Virus record (IMG/VR): IMGVR_UViG_3300036985_006427
Coordinates: 32,001-96,000 of that record
DNA length: 64,000 nt
Strand: one strand, 5' to 3'
From: a virus
Below are positions 1 to 13,000 of the stretch, in pieces. A program made the translations under genes and the position numbers. The notes beneath the pieces are model-generated. The model did no database searches and was not told the DNA's origin. It saw only the letters and a program-made list of their open reading frames with translations. How positions within the stretch are numbered: the first letter of the stretch is position 1; each line of letters opens with the position of its first letter.

Positions 1-3000
1 CCGTTCATCACGGTGTTCACCAAATCTGCGCTGGTGGCGCGTTTTCCTAAGCCTCTTCTTATAGCGCTATTTTGTTCATCTCTGAGTTTTTGTCTTTCTC
101 TGGCTATTTGACTTATTGCCATCTCTTTTTGTTTCGCTAATTTTCCCCATTGAGCTGTGTATAAATCCAACTTGACGGTCGTTTTTACTCCTCCTTGAGA
201 AACATTTATTCCTATAGACGTTATCAACGGTCCTTCTGCTTGTAAGGCTTTTGCTAACGCTATACCTGTTGGAGCATCTGGAAAAACAAAACCTCCTCGT
301 TCACTAAACAAAAGTAAACTGTTTGAAAACTGAGCTTCTAAAGATCCTGCTTCGTTCATCAATTGATAACCAGCATAATTCCAAGGAGCTAAATTTTCAT
401 TCTTGATAAATTCTACCTTGCCGCCAATATCAGAATATTTAATTCTTGAATCCTCTTCAGGGTTTAATTGGCTCGCTGACATCCATGGACCATAACATCT
501 TTCCATAGACATCAATGGCAAAGCTATCAAGTCTGGATAAACTGGTGACGGTTGAATATAATTGATAGCAGTATTTGGACTGTTTGCTATGCTTCCTTTT
601 ACTATTTTTTTAGCAATTGATCTTGCGGATGAAATTTCACCCAAAGATAGATTGAGCCAATCTGATTTTTTTCCGGGTATAAAGGCCATTTCCAACGGAG
701 CCAATCCAAATACTCCTATCACAAATTCTGAACCAACTAAATTATATCTTTGTGCCTCTCTTATTGCTTTTTCTCTTTGTTGTAAGAAAACCGGAGAAAG
801 TAGGTCTGAAGGATTGACCCTAAACAGAGTAGGTTCACATCTTAAATTTGGTGGTCCGGGAACTGGAATAGCTGGGAAATTAAACTCCGGAATTTGCACA
901 GTATCTTGTGTCATAAGATGTTTAAGCTGCGCCGCTTGATATGTTTGATTTTGACCATCATTCCATCTTGTGTCCACTGAGCTTTTTATTCTTCCGGGAA
1001 GCGTTATCAAAGCATACACATGTTCATCGTCTAATTGTTCTGTATCTGTGTCTATGATCCAACCATCTAAATCTGCATTGTAGGTTCTGCTAAAATCAAC
1101 CCAAGGAGAAGCTGTACCATCAACACCCCCGTTTTTAGGAAGGGAAAACAATGGAACGATTTCTTCAAAAATATATTTAGACGCCCTGCATCCGTTAGCA
1201 CCAACGGTTTCTACTAATTTTTGTTCCGGAATAGACAAGTTAAACGAATAGTTTCTTGCAAATTGAGTCAACGAATAATCTTTGAGTCTCGGAGGCATGT
1301 ATAGCTTTTCTTCAACACTACACTTTACAAAAGCCATTGATGGCGGTTGTAATATTTTTTTATTTCGATCCGCTTCTGTTGCCGCTAAACCTTCAAACCT
1401 TGTTTTTTGATCTATATTGTTGTTTGGCAATTCTTCGACAACATCCGCAATGAATTGACCGCCCTGAGTAACAACCTGTTGAACAATGTCGTTCTTACTA
1501 ACGCCAGTAAAGTCTAACAATTCACTATGATTAAACCTAACATAGCATTGAACACGACTGGTATCGCTGAGTAAATTTGTGGTATCAACTGGACACAAAC
1601 CTTGCTGAATAGCCGGAGGCAAAGCGCTCCAAGGAACGCCATTTTTCAGAGCTTGCAATGCAGATATATTGACTCCAAACATATTGAATCCAAAAAAACC
1701 GCCTTGTGATTCTGGTTTATAATTCCATTCCCAAGCTTCACTGAATGGATTAAAATTACCTTTCAAGGCTCCAAAATTATATGAAGCAGAAGCTCCACGT
1801 CTTTGAGATAGATTTTTATCTGAAACATAATCTTGTAAATAAGGATACCACAAGTTTGAAGGATTGCTGTTTGATAGTGCGTCCAATGCCCTCAGTTCAT
1901 ATCCTATGTTGCCAGAAAGTCTATTGATATCATAATAAACTCCTCCGATAGCAGCGGGATCTGAAGAAATAGGTTTCGGAGGAAATCCAAAAGGACCATT
2001 TTTAACATTGAATGGAGTTGTTCCAGTGAAAGTAGAGATCGTTGATGAATAGCCAAGGTTGCATGACTTTGGAAGTCTAACCAAAAACTTTTTACCAAGA
2101 CATTCATCTGCTATAGCTTTTACAAATTCGTATACTTTTTTCGCATTTTCTTCATGTTTCTTTGCTGTTTTTTCGATATTAAATAAGAATTTTCCCAAAG
2201 GGCCATTTCCTATATTTTGAACATAAGCTACTGTGTCTCCAGCCGCTTTTAGTTGAGATTGTAATTTCAAATAATTATTGATGGTTTGCTGAGCCTTTGA
2301 AATTTCTTCTGTTAATGCTTTCTTTTCTTTGTCATCAGAATAATAAAGCTTATTTAAAGTATCTTGTAAATCAGCTACATGATCTATAGCTCTCGGCAAT
2401 TGCAGCATCGGAGCTTCAACACTTTCAAGTCCTTTTTGTAGATGTTCTGTATCTTTTATCAATCTAGTTTTTGCATTCACAAGGCTACTGATTCCAGCTT
2501 CAAGTATTCCAATGTTGGTGGCTCTTCTGTAATAAAGAGGATAACCAAAAGGAGGAGAGCATGGACTAGCTGGATATCCATCCTCAGTAACGACAGGTTT
2601 GTCAGAATGCCAAACGCATCTTGGAACTGTGACTGCATATTGCCTGCCTTTTAATGCGTTTATAGCACTGGTGATTTCACCATCCTGTAAAGCTCCAGCT
2701 AATTCAGTAATTTTTGCAAACGATTGAGCTTGAATCGCTTCTGATCCAGCAGACAGAGTGCTTAAAAAAGCTCGGTGCTCTGAAATATCTTCAATGTAAG
2801 TATCGTTGTATGATAATAAAAAATCTTTCCATTTTTCGTATGAGATTAAAGCTGCTCGTAGCTCCATCTCTGTCGCCACGTAATAGCTTCCAACTCCATG
2901 AGCGTTTAGAGATGTGGCGTCCAGTAAAATCTGTTGGTAAGAACCAAAGCCTCTTGGTATTGATATAGCTTTGTTTCCAATCATACCATAATACGGCAAA

Positions 3001-4793
3001 AGTTGCTGTTGCTCTTGAACTCTGAGATCCCATTGGGATTGTTGAAGCCAAGTCATATTGGCGGTATTGTTCGCTTGATTCGAAGTCCAGAGAGTGTCTC
3101 TATCACGTTCAGTGGAAAAGAAATATGTTTCGACCTCTTGGGCACCAACAACAAACTTGTCGGTAACAACATTGGATAATTCATAACCAACATCTTGGTT
3201 TTCTACATTGATGCCTCTTGACTCTAAATTATCTAAGTATGATTTTATCGCGCCATATTTTGGCTGCTTTGTTTTATCTATAGCATCTAGTCTTATTATT
3301 CCTGTGATAATATTTGCGGATTTTCCTTGAGATATTTGGTCGTTGTTGTAATTATAGAAAAATTCACATGACGGATGATCTATAACCGGAAGCAATGTTA
3401 CGTATAGTTCATGACTAATGATATCGCATAACTCTTGAGCTAGGCTCAGCAAGTCTATTTGGCTAAAATCCATGTAATACAATAGTGGGATTTTTCCTGT
3501 GGGGATTCCACCAAAATCAACCACATAATTAAATCCTCTAAAATTTATTGATCCGCCAAAACCAGCTTGAACATATTCTTGTGGCATGAACCCGTCGTAT
3601 TGAAACAATGCGGACAAAGCTTGAGAAATGCGATAAAATGGCATTCCTTTGTCGCTTCTTCTTGAAAAACCTTGACCAGTGATTGGGAAAAATCTAGGTA
3701 GATTTTCTGGGTTAACAATAGAATTGTTTACTTCAAAAAAGTATTCATCCTTCAAGAGAACTGGCTTAGGGTTTATATCAGTTGTCAACGATCCATCAGA
3801 TGAAACCCATTGTCTCGCTGAAGGTGTAACTTGAGCTATGTTATTAGTCTTTTCCCAACCAGTAACGTCATTCCAATTAGATAAAACTCCAACATAATCT
3901 ACTCTTCCAGAATTATCAACAAGCTTAGTTACAATTGCGGCTGTGCCTTCTCTTTCAAATTTTGTCAGCAATTGAACCGATGGATCATATTCTAAAAACC
4001 CATAGACATTTATAAGGTTTTTATTGTTGAATGTTGTTCCTTGGTAGTCGTTTAATAGAACTGCTACATTGGATAGAATTTCCCTCGGATCTGTGAGCTG
4101 AACAGCATACGTTGGCTTGCCACCGTTGCCTTTATTTTGAGTGTAGCTTTGCAGTATCCCACCAAAATTAAAGTGAGAACGTCCTCGCCAGTATGTGTTT
4201 ATATCCCATAAAGCGCTTCTGTTTTGAATGAGTTTCGCTTGACGGTCAACAAAATGATATGGTTTCAATTCGTCGAAATCATCTGGGTTCCAGCTTGACG
4301 TAGGAAATGGAACGCCCCAAGCATTATTGGCTATTTTTGGAGGAAGGGTTTCTATGCCATACAGATCATCGTACGTTTGACGGAAAGCCTGATCTATTGT
4401 TGCTGGATTTTTTCCAAACTTAAAAAATACTGGCGTGCCAACAACGGGAGGTCTGAAAGTATCATATTCTCCGTTGTGGTATGGATCGTCTCCGTAACCC
4501 AATGTTGTTGAGTCTGATTTATTGAATTCGTCATTTATTAAATTGACGCTCATTGTAGATGATGAAGATCCAAACCCTGCGCTTAAATCAAAGTCAATGA
4601 TAGAAGCTCCAAGAAATGTTTGTTGTACAAACCCTTCATTGCCAAAGTTTCCACCGGTGAGATTATCTGCGGTCCAACCTCCAGTTGATATGCCTCCGCT
4701 GGCTCCTTGAGGTAGATTAAAATGAACAGGCCAATCTTTTCCGTATTCACCTGAAGGCGGAATTATTCCATATGCATTATCTAAATTTGACAT
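1..4793 (-). CDS. Tail tip / baseplate hub-like protein, partial (>1590 aa, runs off the left edge)
   Basis: Absent from the ORF track, consistent with no stop in the window. ATG at 4793 with GGAGAGG RBS. Frame spot-checked at the start (MSNLDNAYG), ~3180 (NQDVGYELSN) and the edge. Hub-like motifs FGGILQSY..VQLTDPREIL and GPLITSIGINVSQGGVKTTV; lies downstream of the tape measure. Confidence 0.75.
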   Translation of the reverse strand, partial: MSNLDNAYGIIPPSGEYGKDWPVHFNLPQGASGGISTGGWTADNLTGGNFGNEGFVQQTFLGASIIDFDLSAGFGSSSSTMSVNLINDEFNKSDSTTLGYGDDPYHNGEYDTFRPPVVGTPVFFKFGKNPATIDQAFRQTYDDLYGIETLPPKIANNAWGVPFPTSSWNPDDFDELKPYHFVDRQAKLIQNRSALWDINTYWRGRSHFNFGGILQSYTQNKGNGGKPTYAVQLTDPREILSNVAVLLNDYQGTTFNNKNLINVYGFLEYDPSVQLLTKFEREGTAAIVTKLVDNSGRVDYVGVLSNWNDVTGWEKTNNIAQVTPSARQWVSSDGSLTTDINPKPVLLKDEYFFEVNNSIVNPENLPRFFPITGQGFSRRSDKGMPFYRISQALSALFQYDGFMPQEYVQAGFGGSINFRGFNYVVDFGGIPTGKIPLLYYMDFSQIDLLSLAQELCDIISHELYVTLLPVIDHPSCEFFYNYNNDQISQGKSANIITGIIRLDAIDKTKQPKYGAIKSYLDNLESRGINVENQDVGYELSNVVTDKFVVGAQEVETYFFSTERDRDTLWTSNQANNTANMTWLQQSQWDLRVQEQQQLLPYYGMIGNKAISIPRGFGSYQQILLDATSLNAHGVGSYYVATEMELRAALISYEKWKDFLLSYNDTYIEDISEHRAFLSTLSAGSEAIQAQSFAKITELAGALQDGEITSAINALKGRQYAVTVPRCVWHSDKPVVTEDGYPASPCSPPFGYPLYYRRATNIGILEAGISSLVNAKTRLIKDTEHLQKGLESVEAPMLQLPRAIDHVADLQDTLNKLYYSDDKEKKALTEEISKAQQTINNYLKLQSQLKAAGDTVAYVQNIGNGPLGKFLFNIEKTAKKHEENAKKVYEFVKAIADECLGKKFLVRLPKSCNLGYSSTISTFTGTTPFNVKNGPFGFPPKPISSDPAAIGGVYYDINRLSGNIGYELRALDALSNSNPSNLWYPYLQDYVSDKNLSQRRGASASYNFGALKGNFNPFSEAWEWNYKPESQGGFFGFNMFGVNISALQALKNGVPWSALPPAIQQGLCPVDTTNLLSDTSRVQCYVRFNHSELLDFTGVSKNDIVQQVVTQGGQFIADVVEELPNNNIDQKTRFEGLAATEADRNKKILQPPSMAFVKCSVEEKLYMPPRLKDYSLTQFARNYSFNLSIPEQKLVETVGANGCRASKYIFEEIVPLFSLPKNGGVDGTASPWVDFSRTYNADLDGWIIDTDTEQLDDEHVYALITLPGRIKSSVDTRWNDGQNQTYQAAQLKHLMTQDTVQIPEFNFPAIPVPGPPNLRCEPTLFRVNPSDLLSPVFLQQREKAIREAQRYNLVGSEFVIGVFGLAPLEMAFIPGKKSDWLNLSLGEISSARSIAKKIVKGSIANSPNTAINYIQPSPVYPDLIALPLMSMERCYGPWMSASQLNPEEDSRIKYSDIGGKVEFIKNENLAPWNYAGYQLMNEAGSLEAQFSNSLLLFSERGGFVFPDAPTGIALAKALQAEGPLITSIGINVSQGGVKTTVKLDLYTAQWGKLAKQKEMAISQIARERQKLRDEQNSAIRRGLGKRATSADLVNTVMN

Positions 4794-4807
4794 TTATCCT
4801 CTCCAAA

Positions 4808-5344
4808 TTATCCGTATGGGTTCCAATTGACAGAAGTCCTAAAGGTAGAAATATATGGTATTGATATTACTCCCACTGGAAGAACTAGTTCATGATGAAT
4901 ATAGTTGTTGAATATGGTAAAATCTTCTATTTGTTTAGACCTTACATCTTCGCCATTAGAAAATCTACTTCTCTCAAGATTATAATGAAAAATGCCACTT
5001 TGCCTATTCTGATCGCATAAAACCCCATCTTCTGATGGATATGTTTTTAATATTCCTGAAGCATCCCACCAAGCGTCACTATAATAGTTGTTTATATCGC
5101 TGGCTTTATACTTTGCTTCTGTTTGTTCGTTGGGATATGGAAACGGTACATTTATCCCAGAGCCTCTGAAAGACGGTGCTTCTGATCTCATTCTGTGAGA
5201 TTGAGTAACGTCAAAACCGTTTGATTCTCCCGAAGGCAACAATCCAGAGACTGGCATTGCTTGTTGCTGTGAAGACAAAGGAAGGTTTGGACCTAACCCT
5301 GCGTCAAAAAAATCTGACCATTTAGGTTTATAAGCATGTGTCAT
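4808..5344 (-). CDS. Hypothetical tail-module protein (178 aa)
   Basis: ORF tightly packed between tail genes; no recognisable motif. Confidence 0.6.
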   Translation of the reverse strand: MTHAYKPKWSDFFDAGLGPNLPLSSQQQAMPVSGLLPSGESNGFDVTQSHRMRSEAPSFRGSGINVPFPYPNEQTEAKYKASDINNYYSDAWWDASGILKTYPSEDGVLCDQNRQSGIFHYNLERSRFSNGEDVRSKQIEDFTIFNNYIHHELVLPVGVISIPYISTFRTSVNWNPYG

Positions 5345-5346
5345 GA

Positions 5347-7092
5347 TTAACGATCCAACTCATATGTCCAAGAGATATTGAATGAATAAGTGCCTTCTTT
5401 AGGATTCCAACTTTCGCTAGGAGGAGATATGAAATACTTTCTGACTCCGGGTTCATTCTTTGGACTAAGTTCGTTTATTAATCCAGCTATTTGACTAGCG
5501 GTTGGTTCAACAAGACTGGGTTTTTTCAATATCAATGTATTTCTTTTGTCTCCATATGCTATTTTTGTATAGTCCATAGTCAAGCTTATAGAAACATCCC
5601 TTTTATACTCTGTTCTTCCGCCTATATATTGTAGCACTGGACCAGTTGCTCTGCCAAGAACTGGAATGATCGCAAAAATATCTCCGGGATAAGTATCGTT
5701 GACCTGAATACTTTCAGCGATAACCCCTGATATTATATTTGTTGGTCTGTTGTTGAAGCTAAGATTATAAGATATATCTCCAGTGTATTGATTTGAACTC
5801 AAGCTCATGGAGACTGGCTGAGAATTAAGGGCAACTGCAACTAAATTATTAGCACGTTTATATATTGGACTGATCAATCCAAACCTTCCGCTGTTTGATA
5901 TTTCATTATATTTTGACAAAGCGTTTGCATACGCTCCGCTGACAGCGTTAAAATTTGCACTTCCAAGACCAGATCCATAAACTGGTGAAAAATTACGCAA
6001 ACCCTTTATCGCTCCATCTATTTGGACCGTAATGAAAGGATCGGTGTTTGATGTGGATGTAGATAAATTATAAACTTCATTTGCTTTTCCACTGCTCAAT
6101 ATCCAGTTTTCTGACACTGAGTATGTACCTTCAGTGACATTGATTTGCTCAGTTCTTACATGATTATAACCACCGTAAGAATTCACTAAATTGATAGTAC
6201 CAGAGCCTATTTGACCAATAATATTAGGATATTGTATGCCAGTTCCGCCACCGCTTAGTCTTTTCTGCACAAACCTTTTAGCTTGTTCCCAAGCTGGCAC
6301 ATTCAAGCTTCCAATGGCAGACGTTTGGTAATTGTAGCTTGTGCTTGCTGGTCCATAAACCGTTTTACCAGTAGCGCTCAGAGAATGAGATATTCTATAA
6401 GTTATGGGATTATCAACAGACTCACCAGTTTGGTCGTCTGCTTCGATACCCCAGTCTTCACTGTAAGTTTCGATAAACGCAGTATCTTGACTGCTGAGCA
6501 AGGCAGAAATGTTAGTGTCTGTGGCTCGAAGATCTCCATTAACAAATGTTCCTTCATAGTCTACATACTGGTCTGGATCGTCCCCTCGAAGTAGATAATC
6601 AGCTTCTAAAACTATCGTATACTCACACTTAGTGATATATTGACCTTCAGTAAAGTCAACACTAATAGTTCTTGGAAAACAAGTTATTGTAGCCCCAGCA
6701 TTATCGAGAATATCTGTTATTTCTACTCGTTGTCCATCTTGGGCAAACAAAGCTCTTAAAGCTCGCTGTTTGCTAAAAATAGCAGACTCTGGTTTATGAA
6801 CTTTTTGCTTGGGTGGTCTTGATCGTTGGGATGTAGGAACAGAGTCAAACTGGCCATACGGACCAACACCTGTAGGAGCAGCGTTTGCAAAAAAATCAAA
6901 CAGCGTATTTGTATCTGGACTTAATGCGTACGGTGTTCCTTCATTTGGCAGTAAACTACCAGTAAGGGTAATTGTATAGGTAACCCCAAAATTTCCCTCT
7001 TTATTTTTTAGAATAGACTCAGAAATTTGAACTAACGGTGTTGGACGCACAGTACAAATGTCAGTATTTTTGTAATAAACTTTTATTGGCAT
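5347..7092 (-). CDS. Putative distal tail / minor tail protein (581 aa)
   Basis: Beta-rich, repeated Y-x-(I/V/L)-S strands; position after tape measure and adhesin. Confidence 0.55.
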   Translation of the reverse strand: MPIKVYYKNTDICTVRPTPLVQISESILKNKEGNFGVTYTITLTGSLLPNEGTPYALSPDTNTLFDFFANAAPTGVGPYGQFDSVPTSQRSRPPKQKVHKPESAIFSKQRALRALFAQDGQRVEITDILDNAGATITCFPRTISVDFTEGQYITKCEYTIVLEADYLLRGDDPDQYVDYEGTFVNGDLRATDTNISALLSSQDTAFIETYSEDWGIEADDQTGESVDNPITYRISHSLSATGKTVYGPASTSYNYQTSAIGSLNVPAWEQAKRFVQKRLSGGGTGIQYPNIIGQIGSGTINLVNSYGGYNHVRTEQINVTEGTYSVSENWILSSGKANEVYNLSTSTSNTDPFITVQIDGAIKGLRNFSPVYGSGLGSANFNAVSGAYANALSKYNEISNSGRFGLISPIYKRANNLVAVALNSQPVSMSLSSNQYTGDISYNLSFNNRPTNIISGVIAESIQVNDTYPGDIFAIIPVLGRATGPVLQYIGGRTEYKRDVSISLTMDYTKIAYGDKRNTLILKKPSLVEPTASQIAGLINELSPKNEPGVRKYFISPPSESWNPKEGTYSFNISWTYELDR

Positions 7093-10000
7093 TTAATATC
7101 CTCTTACTCTTAAATTAAGAGCATTCGTTGTCTGAGTACTCGTCAGTGATAAATTCAAGGATTCTGAACTCTGCCCACTTGGAGCAGAGATAAACAGAGA
7201 TAATCCAGAAGGGTTCTCTCCGCTAGCAATCCCTAAAACACCAAAGTTATACAATCCTAATGTATTATACACATTTGCTCGATCTGGCCCCAACAACGAT
7301 AGGTTCATATCTCCAGACATAGCGACTGGTCTTCCGGAGGTTATCAAGTTGAATGAATTGTTGATTTCTGTACCCGGAAACAGTTCAAACTTTATGTTAT
7401 CGATGTATGGTCTATGAGCCACAAAACCCTTTGTTGATGGGTCAAAACCAGAAGCTTCTAAGAAAATGTCTCCATTTTTATTGCTAAACACTATGCCTGA
7501 AACTACATATTCTAATGAATCTCCAGATGAATTCTGGTACACCCTTAGGCCAACCCTGTCTGTTGATCCAGACTCTTGTTTGTTTCCAAACACATGAGCG
7601 TCTATCCAACCTCCGCTATTTTGTATAGAAGGAATCTGTTGTCTTAAAACACAGTCGAAGGTATAAGCAGCTCCAGCATTATTTAAACCTTTTGTTGGAT
7701 GATCTCCACTCGTTGGCCAATCGTGATTTGGAGAACCAGCAATCAATGTATAATCACTATCTCCTCTAAGTGGCCTATCTATACAAACGGAGGCTCCAAA
7801 GTTGTCATTGTCTGAACCACTAGCCGCCAATATTCCGGTTGTTAATGCGGTTTGAACTCTAGACTTGTAACCTACGGCAAGCATCTTTTCAGCAAATATC
7901 CATCTTTGTGTTCTTTCATTGAAGTTGACCATTTCGTTTCTATAGTTATAAACAGCACCATTGTTTAGAGTCATTGTTCCGCTGTTGTTGCCAAATGTAT
8001 TTACTCTGATTCCGGAATCGGCTAAATCGTAGAATGAATGTTTTGGAATATCAAACTTGGCGTCAAAACTCTTTCTCTGGAAGGCTGTAGATCCACTGTA
8101 GATATGGTGATGTAAAGTTTCAAACGAATGATTTGGAGCGCCCACAACGGCCATGTCGTAAGCTATATCAACTGAAAATCCAAATCTATCTCCACGGCGA
8201 GCGTATTCTGATATAAATGAAGAATCGTTTATTTGATGTGGACCTCTCAAACTTGTTAATTTCTGAGATGGAGTTGGAGAGAAATCGTAGATGCCAACAT
8301 TTATGCTGTTTGGCTTTATCTTTTGTTTGAACTCCCAAGGTAGAAACTCTTCTATTACATTTTTACCATTGTTTGTTTTCTCGAATATGAATGCAGCTCC
8401 AGCGCCTCCGTCTGCGCCTATTCTTATTCCAGATCTAGTTGCATCGTTTTTGATTTCATGCCACTGAACAATTCCACTGACACCGCTTATAGCTCCTTCT
8501 GAATGAAATGCGTTGTATGGTGTTCCAACTATAATTTTTCCATTGTCTATAGCGACAGAGTATCCGAATAAATCTCCCGGACATCCAGAGTTGAATAAAT
8601 CATAATCAAGATAGTCTGCGTTAGCTATCTTCATAAGCTCATTCAATCCGCCTCCGATACCGGCATCAACTATAAAGCTTCTGTTTGAATTTTTATCTAA
8701 TCCTAACAGGATATCATAATCGGTATAAATACCTCCATTGTAGGTTACAATATCCAAGAAGTCTCCACTGAACCTAGGGTACATTCCATATTTAGTGATA
8801 ACTTCATCGTTAAAGAAGCTTTTGGATCTTTGTTCCATTTCTTCTGAAGTTTTAAGTTCTGGTGGTCTAGATAGAGTTGTAGGATCGTACGTATCCTCGT
8901 TGTCAGAATAGTTGTTCAAATTACCAGCAACACCATTTCCTCCCCAAAGTCTAGAAGGAATCAAAGTAGCGCCAATAGCCTGACCGCTAACCGCAGCATA
9001 TTTAGCCGGAGAGCCTCGTTCAGGAGCGCGTAATTTCTGAGAAAGTTCCCAGTTTCTGCCTTCTTTTATTAGGGCAGTATCGTAAACCCCTCCTGATTGT
9101 AGTCTTCCTGCCCCGTTACCAATGTTGATGGTTTCGCCAGTATCGTTTGGACTCGGAGGATATAGATTTCTAACAAAGCTTTGGTTGCCAGTTATAGTCG
9201 TTGATCTATAATGAGGGCATTGACCTTGAAGCAAAGTTGAGTCTGCTATTAAAATGATTTTTGATCTTCTCTTGCCATTCTGGAACGATGAGAAGTTTTC
9301 AAACTCTTCTGCCACAATGACTGGTCCATCTTCTATCAATTCTTCAGCCCAGCTTTCAGACGCAGAAATACACTCATCTGTTGTGAAATTGTTTTCATCA
9401 CAGTAAATGGAACTCTTGTGTTTGACTGGTCTAGAAACACCCGGAACTACTCCGCTAGCTGCTGGATTCACAGCGTACCGGAAGTTGAATTGAACTGGAA
9501 GTCCATCGTTTATCAAACCGCTGGTTGTTATAGCATTGATTTCAGTAATGATTGGAAGCAACGCTCCAGAGATAGACAGCATTCTAGGAGTTTTAGGAGG
9601 CAATGAAATGCCTTCTAATTCTTTGACATCTATAAAACTAGACCATTTACTTGTTTGAAAAGTTATTCCAAACTCATCTATGTTGCTATTTGATTCTGTT
9701 CTAAATTCAAAAATGGTTTCCTGAGGAATATAGGTCGTTGTTTTGGTTAGCTCTCCAACGCTTCCACAGGCGAACGAAGGCAAACCTACGGGCGTATCAA
9801 ATATTAGATTTCCACTATGATTCGCGCATATTTTAAATTTTTCATCTGGAGACTCAGAGACCCAATTTATCCATACTCTGTATCCAGATCCGGGTAAAAT
9901 AGGGAAAGTAACAGCGCCTGCCCCGTTAATCTGCCAAGTGTTTTTAGCTCCATACACTTTATAGGTTTGTTTTATCTCTGGCAAGAAAGATAGTATTCTT

Positions 10001-13000
10001 TCAAAATCCTGCCCTCCTGATAATGGCACAAAGTTTGTTCTGCTTGCGTATGAAAACTCTTCACTTTGAGATGCAACGCTAATTGTAGCTGTGTTTGGAT
10101 GGAAATCTATTCCACTGAGACTTGTAGAGGTTTTGTAACTAGGATATGTGAAGTGATACCCATCATCACAACCGCTGATGCTGTCTGTTGCATAGTTTAT
10201 CAATTGTTTGTTGTCATTTTCTGTATATCTGCTCAACTTGTCTGACAAGTAATACTTGCCAAGTTTTGGTAAGTACATTGGCTTGCTTGTCATTCTCAGG
10301 CCACTGCAAAGATATGTAATATTATCAGATATTTCTTGAGCGGTACTATCTTTTACAGCACTGTAAGTTATAATTATCTTCTTGTTGCCAAAGTCAAGCC
10401 AGTCGTTTAGCGTCATTAAATCTTCACTCGAAGGTTTTCCAGACGGAAACGCCAACCACACAAAGTCTATGGAGCCGTTGACATATCTCATTTCACTGTT
10501 TTCTGTGAAAAATCCGCCATCAGGAAAAAATTCAACGTTTAATTTATTTGCTAAATTATGACCAGAGGCAGAATTTCCAGAAGAGTCATAAGCGTTCTTG
10601 AGAGATGTTCTTCCTGTAAAGCCATTTATCTGCAAACCCTTTGGGGCATACAAGCAATCTTTACGGATCATATTTATATAAAACTCTGTATTCTTATCTT
10701 TATTCAACGTGGCGTAACTAAGACCACGGCTAGCATCATCTTCACTCCACTGCGTAGCCAAGACATAAATGCGAGAATTATTAAATGATCCATCTGGTTT
10801 TCTTCCAGACTCCACAAGGGCTACTATCTGATCTGGGTAAACCGTTTCTGTGACATCAACAGCTTCAGATAAAATTTTACCAGCAGCTTGCATCAATCCG
10901 TCACGACCATTTTCAAGAGCAGGGTCGAACATATCTCCGTTATAATAAAATGAATTAAAGTTTCCACTAACAACCGATGGTCCATTTTCCATTATATGGA
11001 ACGCAAGTTCATTTATGTTGTTGGCAGCAAAAGATATCTTTTCTTCAAACTGCTTGTTGACTTTATAAACCTGTGGCTGAAAAGTATCCCATATCAATCC
11101 AGATGTAGCTGGATCGTACCAAGATGTTGGAGGCAAGTGTTCAGCGGTCGTCAAGACTGGCACGGGTTCTTCATTGCTTTTGTTGAACAACGATTGTGGA
11201 GGGCTATCACAATCGATAGTAAAGTTCTGGAACTGCAAAGGCCAGTTTTTATAATATGACACTACGCTACAAGTCTTTGGAGTTGTTTTTACGCACTGCT
11301 CTTTCCATTGGGCTCGTAAATCACCTACAATCCCTTTTAATGGAAATTCACATTTTGAATTTATAATTGGAGCAGGACCGTCACCGCAAGTAGCTCCTTC
11401 TGGGCAATTTAGATTTTCAAAAAATTCATCAAGATTATCTCTAGACAAATCTATACGAATATCGCCAACACCCTTGATATAATATTCTCCATGATGCTCA
11501 ATCGTTCTTCCAGTTGATCTATCTGGCAAGAAAGATTTAGTAGCATTGTATTTATTGCTAGAAACATCTTGTTGAGAAATGCATCCTTGAGCAGAATACT
11601 CAACATTACGCGCAGGATGTATTCTCATTCTGGAGCCTAATTTTTCCAGAATTTTGTTTACAATTTTATTTGAATCTTCATACAATCCATCTTCTTCCCA
11701 TACTGGGTCGTTGCCAACGATAACAAGATTTCTATCACCCAAAGACAACCAATCTTTGATGTTTTGAATAATTTCATCGCTTGCAGCATCTAGTTCTGGA
11801 GTGACAATAAACGCAAGACCAGCGTCTCTAGGAATTTCAATTTCAGAGAAATCAGTTCTTCTCCAAGATTTACCTTGATATCCAATCGTTCCGTTTGACC
11901 CAGAAGCGAAGATCAAAGGCCAATTAGAATTATCATAATAACCCAAAGCTCTTTCTTCAGGATGAGAAGATCTGTCAAGATTGCCAAACCTTCCAAACTC
12001 AACAACTTTGTTGTGAGGATAATATTTTCTGTTTTGGAATACTCTCACCGCTCCAGCATTTGTATATGAAGCCCAAGAGAGAATGTTATCACCCCAAACG
12101 TTAGCGTCTTCAAATTCGTTAAAGCAGTCTGTGGGTGCTCCGAACGCTACGGTTTCTCCGTCTTGGTCTACAGCACAGCTCCATCCGAGCCTCGACGTTG
12201 AAGCGAACGTAGATGGCAAGAACTGTCTGGTTCCTAAGTATTGAATATCATTGTGCCCATACTGATATGTCATTTTATAAGGGGTTGGCAGAGTTCCCCA
12301 GAAGTTGATATCATTTCTATATTCAAATCTTTCTGAGGATTGTATAAAGTCGTATGTAGACACTTTGGCTATAGCTTGTCCAGATTGAGACGCTATAGAA
12401 TCGTAATGACTGACAGCTTGCGGCTTGTTCGTGGAAACGCACCAGCTACGAATATTGTCGTAAACCTTCTGGGCTTCTTTTTCGTTTCGTTCAAAAATAT
12501 TACAAGATTTATCGTTCCACGGAGAACCGACTGCTACAACTTCTCCATTTTTACTTATAGAAACGGCGTGTCCAAACCTATCGTTGTATGTCTTGCTGTA
12601 TATCGAACCTAAACCATCCATACTGTCAAAGTTAAATTCTAACTTGTCGTTTGGAGACACAATGACTTGTATACAATTGAAAGTGTTTCTTTCTTTTTCA
12701 AATATATAAACTCTTCCGCCAGAGGCTGGTGGTACTTGAAATTCTGTTACAACAGACCCATGAGTAGAACCCCATTCTTGACCAACGCCACTTGCTATAA
12801 AGTTTCTGTTTAAAGTAGTGTTGGTGTATCCTGCGGACAATCTTCCGCTATCGAATGTATTTTCAAACAACTGCTTGCAAGTGGTATCCCATGTTTCAGA
12901 CTCTCCAGTGATCTTATTCAGATGACCACTTTGCGCAATGTTTTGGACAAGATCTTTGACTCCACTCGCATAAGAGTGAGCTAAATAAAACTTTTCAAAC

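Noticed and set aside
1-4793. Apparent 4.8-kb ORF desert suggesting stop-codon recoding or non-coding DNA
   Set aside because: It is a single minus-strand frame running off the window edge; TAA, TAG and TGA all terminate genes normally elsewhere
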